From IMG/VR virus record IMGVR_UViG_2660238126_000001, positions 1 to 11,469 of that record: a stretch of DNA of 11,469 bases. One strand, 5' to 3'. Positions 8,227 through 11,469 of the stretch are shown here, piece after piece. Both the position numbers and the translations under genes were made by a program. Below the pieces are notes generated by a model. It did not search any database. It was not told the origin of the DNA and saw only the letters and a program-made list of their open reading frames with translations. This DNA is from a virus. Taxonomy: Duplodnaviria > Heunggongvirae > Uroviricota > Caudoviricetes. How positions within the stretch are numbered: position 1 is the stretch's first letter; each line of letters begins with the position of its first letter.

Positions 8227-8474
8227 GCGTAATTCACTCTCAGGCACTGCGTGAAGCGGCAGAGCAGGCAATGCATGACAACTGGGGATTTGACGCGGAC
8301 CTTTTCCATGAGCTGGTAACACCATCGATTGTGCTGACACTGCTGGATGAACGGGAAAGAAACCAGCAGTACATCAAACGCCGCGACCAGGAGAACGAGG
8401 ATATTGCGCTAACGGTGAGGAAACTGCGTGTTGAGCTGGAGACAGCAAAAATCAAAACTCAACGAGCAGCGTGA
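8223..8474 (+). CDS. Hypothetical coiled-coil-like protein (83 aa) in the ea22 position, terminated by TGA with a further open in-frame stretch downstream
   Basis: ATG (GTG?) at 8223 overlaps the orf73 stop. The translation is charged and helical-looking (...ERERNQQYIKRRDQENEDIALTVRKLRVELETAKIKTQRAA). I cannot confirm homology to Ea22. Confidence 0.55.
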   Translation: MSVIHSQALREAAEQAMHDNWGFDADLFHELVTPSIVLTLLDERERNQQYIKRRDQENEDIALTVRKLRVELETAKIKTQRAA

Positions 8475-8772
8475 GTAGAAGGTGTTATCTCGGATGGAAG
8501 TAAGCGTATTGCTGAACTGGAGGCCTGGGTTGAATACACAAGAGCTGCATACGTAAGAGCAAAAGACAAGGGAGATTTGATCAGAGTTATTACCCGACAA
8601 CCAACGGGATTTTACGCTTACGTACCATGTAATTAGGAATCCTTGAAGTGGCAGCCTAACTGCGGATACACTGAAATGGCGATTTGGTAACATGTTTCGC
8701 ACAAGGCTGTTACTACGCTTAAAGATAATCAGCCATGATTAAACGCTTTGTAAAAAGTAAAAGGAAATTACA

Positions 8773-9387
8773 ATGAAAAAATCAATACTAATTTTAGGGC
8801 TTACGTTAATTGTCTCATCTCAAATACCATCGGCAATGGCAAAAAATGAATCAAGACTTTGGGTTGTTGTTGATCGAACGGAAAGACATACCTGCCCTTC
8901 AAGTAAATGTGGAGTGGCTGGGAAACTATTTTTCAGGGAAGGCGTAGATTTTCTAGAAAAAAAAGGTGAATGGGTTCGTATAACTGAGCCATATTCAGCC
9001 TCATGTGTGGGAGGGGAAAGCGAATATATTAAAGAAGGTAATAAATCCTGCACAAGAAAAAACGGAATCGTCAATGGCAAGTTTTCAGAATGGGTTAAAC
9101 TTAGTGATCTTAGCAGTGAAAGGCCATCAGATCCTGCTGAAAATGCGAGCGGAGATGATACTTTAATCAAAGGATCTGATGACTACCGTATATACAAAAA
9201 AGAGTTTTCTTCGGCAGCTAGGAAGTTAATAAACGAAGGGGTCTGCACGGAAAGCGACTTTAAGGAAATCGGAGGGTGGATGGCATCAAGCAATAAGGGG
9301 AAAAACATCTATTTCACATATTGCGGAGGAATGACGTTGTCGAACAGAATATACCTAGACGTTAAAAGTGGAAAGACTTTTAGATAA
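8773..9387 (+). CDS. Secreted/periplasmic protein (204 aa) with a Sec signal peptide and an SH3b-like N-terminal region; AT-rich moron
   Basis: Signal peptide MKKSILILGLTLIVSSQIPSAMA followed by KNE. SH3b-like pattern in RLWVVVDRTERHTCPSSKCGVAGKLFFREGVDFLEKKGEWVRITEP. Seven Cys in the mature part. RBS aaggaaa precedes the ATG. Not part of lambda. Confidence 0.75.
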   Translation: MKKSILILGLTLIVSSQIPSAMAKNESRLWVVVDRTERHTCPSSKCGVAGKLFFREGVDFLEKKGEWVRITEPYSASCVGGESEYIKEGNKSCTRKNGIVNGKFSEWVKLSDLSSERPSDPAENASGDDTLIKGSDDYRIYKKEFSSAARKLINEGVCTESDFKEIGGWMASSNKGKNIYFTYCGGMTLSNRIYLDVKSGKTFR

Positions 9388-9458
9388 TATGATATTACCA
9401 ATGACAGTATTAATTTAATGCCTCCATAGAATTATCTCTAGGAAGTATGTATAAGAAA

Positions 9459-9492
9459 AGCCCGCACAATGAGCTGCTGCGGGCTTTGTGTT
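9459..9492 (+). terminator. Intrinsic terminator after the secreted-protein gene
   Basis: agcccgca-caatgagctgc-tgcgggct hairpin followed by ttgtgttatt. Confidence 0.6.
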
Positions 9493-9740
9493 ATTCGCCA
9501 TATTTTATGAAGCAAATACGACACTATAGATAATTAAGCGTTGCTGGTTGTCGATTCCTCACTCACTCCTGTTGATGGCTCTCTTCTTGTATGTGCCATT
9601 GAAGGGTAATATCGAGTAAAAAGATACCGGAAGTATCCGCGCCGCCATGATTGTCTTTCTCCTAATGCAGGAAAAGCAGAATGGCTAAATCATCAGCAGA
9701 GCGCAAAGTCGATCAGAGAGCCAAGCAAGCATCATCCGGT

Positions 9741-10019
9741 ATGCGTAAGCTGGAGCTTGTACTTGATGCTCAGGAAATTGAAATGCTGGATCGTAACTGA
9801 GCCACGCGCCGCTTCAGGCATGCGCCTTACGAGTTTGGTGAGTACATCGCGTTACTGAGCCGCCAGGATGATGCACGTGTGCGCTGGCGTATAAAATCGA
9901 TCAGCAGAAAACGTTGCGATAAGTGCGGCGAGAGAGTTCCTGTTAATTCATGCCCGTGTAATGGTGACTCACAATGCTGGGTGACCAAAGGCTGGCACGA
10001 AACAAAATTAATGATATAA
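9741..10019 (+). pseudogene. ea8.5: Ea8.5-like homeodomain/zinc-ribbon protein interrupted by an in-frame TGA at 9798..9800
   Basis: The frame reads MRKLELVLDAQEIEMLDRN*ATRRFRHAPYEFGEYIALLSRQDDARVRWRIKSISRKRCDKCGERVPVNSCPCNGDSQCWVTKGWHETKLMI*. The 72-codon segment after the TGA has no in-frame ATG and carries the Cys cluster. Total length (92 codons) and position match lambda Ea8.5. Confidence 0.5.
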
Positions 10020-10025
10020 ATCTCT

Positions 10026-10037
10026 GTGACATGTCAC
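10026..10037. promoter_or_regulatory. Perfect 12-bp palindrome gtgacatgtcac immediately 5' of the RBS of the 142-aa ORF
   Basis: Exact inverted repeat, followed by ggagg (10038..10042) and ATG 10048. Candidate operator or RNA hairpin. Confidence 0.4.
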
Positions 10038-10047
10038 GGAGGCGGCA

Positions 10048-10476
10048 ATGAAATTAGACCAGCAATATCTAAAAGATCTACTTATCGCATTCGAAAAAAC
10101 TCATGGCCCTGACACGATGCTTAGTGAACTAGAGGATAATGGCTTTAATAGATATGACCAAAATTTTATTTTCCATATGCGATTATTATGCGACTACGAA
10201 TTAATAGTCAGGGTTGATGGAAAACCTGGGTTCGGTCATATAATGTCCAACGAGTTAGGGGAAGGTGTTGGATATAGTTGGATCGAAGTACCACTGAGGT
10301 TGACAGCAAGAGGGCATGATTTTATTGCTGACTTGCGTCAAAAGGAGGTCTGGCAAACTATAAAAACAAACTTTAAGGATGAGGGAATTAGTACACTAAT
10401 AAGTGTTTCAAAATCACTAGCAAAAGGCTTTGCAAGGAAAAAGATAAAAGATATTACAGGAATAGATATTGAATAA
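10048..10476 (+). CDS. Hypothetical cytoplasmic protein (142 aa); AT-rich moron inserted between the ea8.5 and orf55 homologues
   Basis: Strong RBS ggagg 5 nt upstream of the ATG. Translation MKLDQQYLKDLLIAFEKTHGPDTMLSELEDNGFNRYDQNFIFHMRLLCDYELIVRVDG.... Lambda has only a short spacer here as I recall. Confidence 0.8.
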   Translation: MKLDQQYLKDLLIAFEKTHGPDTMLSELEDNGFNRYDQNFIFHMRLLCDYELIVRVDGKPGFGHIMSNELGEGVGYSWIEVPLRLTARGHDFIADLRQKEVWQTIKTNFKDEGISTLISVSKSLAKGFARKKIKDITGIDIE

Positions 10477-10558
10477 TTCTTAGCATCAGCAACTACTGCC
10501 TTTGGTGGAAATTATATCTGAACTCGCTACGGCGAGTTTTGTTTTATGGAGATGATAA

Positions 10559-10726
10559 ATGCACTTCCGAGTCACAGGTGAATGGAATGGAGAACCATTC
10601 AACAGAGTTATCGAAGCAGAGAACATCAATGACTGCTATGACCACTGGATGATATGGGCCCAGATAGCACATGCAGACATAACCAATATTCGAATTGAAG
10701 AACTGAAAGAACACCAAGCCGCCTGA
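10559..10726 (+). CDS. Small ORF, lambda orf55-like (55 aa)
   Basis: Translation MHFRVTGEWNGEPFNRVIEAENINDCYDHWMIWAQIAHADITNIRIEELKEHQAA*, in the position between ea8.5 and xis. Below the length cut-off of the ORF track. Confidence 0.65.
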   Translation: MHFRVTGEWNGEPFNRVIEAENINDCYDHWMIWAQIAHADITNIRIEELKEHQAA

Positions 10727-10738
10727 TGGCGGTTTTTT
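10718..10738 (+). terminator. Intrinsic terminator overlapping the orf55 stop
   Basis: gccgcc-tgat-ggcgg hairpin followed by tttttt. Confidence 0.6.
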
Positions 10739-10765
10739 CTTGCGTGTAATTGCGGAGACTTTGCG

Positions 10766-10984
10766 ATGTACTTGACACTTCAGGAGTGGAACGCTCGCCA
10801 GCGACGCCCAAGAAGCCTTGAAACAGTTCGTCGATGGGTGCGCGAATGCAGGATATTCCCTCCTCCGGTTAAGGATGGAAGAGAATATCTGTTCCACGAA
10901 TCAGCGGTAAAGGTTGACTTAAATCGACCAGTAACAGGTAGCCTTTTGAAGAGGATCAGAAATGGGAAGAAGGCGAAGTCATGA
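10766..10984 (+). CDS. xis: Excisionase Xis (72 aa)
   Basis: Translation MYLTLQEWNARQRRPRSLETVRRWVRECRIFPPPVKDGREYLFHESAVKVDLNRPVTGSLLKRIRNGKKAKS matches lambda Xis from memory. Confidence 0.96.
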   Translation: MYLTLQEWNARQRRPRSLETVRRWVRECRIFPPPVKDGREYLFHESAVKVDLNRPVTGSLLKRIRNGKKAKS

Positions 10985-11175
10985 GCGCCGGGATTTACCC
11001 CCTAACCTTTATATAAGAAACAATGGATATTACTGCTACAGGGACCCAAGGACGGGTAAAGAGTTTGGATTAGGCCGAGACAGGCGAATCGCAATCACTG
11101 AAGCTATACAGGCCAACATTGAGTTATTTTCAGGACACAAACACAAGCCTCTGACAGCGAGNNNCANNAGNGNTN
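10962..11175 (+). pseudogene. int: Integrase Int, N-terminal arm-binding region only (about 71 codons); lambda-like sequence stops after a patch of ambiguous bases
   Basis: Translation MGRRRSHERRDLPPNLYIRNNGYYCYRDPRTGKEFGLGRDRRIAITEAIQANIELFSGHKHKPLTA matches lambda Int from memory and overlaps the xis 3' end. The defined bases within 11161..11175 are consistent with int, but from 11176 the sequence no longer encodes Int and stops at 11211..11213. Confidence 0.8.
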
Positions 11176-11469
11176 ATGTACGAGCTAAATGTTACTCCGT
11201 TAAAATAAATTAGTAACAAACGCCCTATAACGTACTGAAAATTATGCCTGTGATCTAGCGCCAAAAATCAGTATTTCGGCGTGAACTCGCAAAATATTAA
11301 CGATTCAGCCGTGATAGTGGGATAAACACCTTAGAACGCCGGATAAAGACTGATAATTGTCTTCGACGGTCGGGTAAAACGAGACATCGCCCCGGCACGA
11401 ATCACTACTTAACACGGATGGCTTCAGCCCCCGTTTTCACACGAAGGTCGATGCGGCGACCAAATCGTT

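Noticed and set aside
8044-9170. Minus-strand ORFs 8044..8340, 8240..8455, 8409..8702 and 8820..9170
   Set aside because: They are antisense to orf73, the ea22-slot ORF and the secreted-protein gene, with Ser/Leu-rich junk translations and no ribosome-binding sites.
10026-10037. Reading the palindrome gtgacatgtcac as a CRP site
   Set aside because: The TGTGA and TCAC halves are separated by only 2 to 4 bp rather than the 6-bp spacer of a CRP site; kept only as a generic palindrome.
10544-10897. Minus-strand ORFs 10544..10897 and 10626..10811
   Set aside because: They overlap orf55, an intrinsic terminator and xis on the opposite strand; xis and orf55 are the recognisable lambda genes here.

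Overview
This window is the immunity and early-left (PL) region of a lambda-like prophage, inverted relative to the conventional lambda map. Recognised by eye from the translations and operator sequences, the order is: cII 5' remnant, nutR, cro (-), OR1-3 with PR/PRM, cI (+), a two-gene non-lambda cassette, a tImm-like terminator, OL1-3/PL, nutL, N, sieB (-), orf28, ral, ea10, cIII, kil, gam, bet, exo, orf60a, orf63, an orf61-like ORF, a TraR-like orf73, a short ea22-slot ORF, a secreted SH3-like moron, an Ea8.5-like zinc-ribbon ORF, a 142-aa moron, orf55, xis, and the 5' part of int. The main candidate for an undescribed system is the translationally coupled pair at 1520..2826: it sits exactly where lambda carries rexA-rexB, co-oriented with cI and so presumably expressed from PRM in the lysogen, and neither protein is membrane-like as RexB is. 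Two further AT-rich insertions lie in the xis-proximal accessory region. Three accessory genes carry in-frame premature stops, both prophage ends are disrupted inside this window (cII after codon 6; int after about codon 71, at a patch of ambiguous bases), and three operators share the same single-base change relative to lambda as I recall it. All lambda comparisons are from memory and no search or alignment was run.
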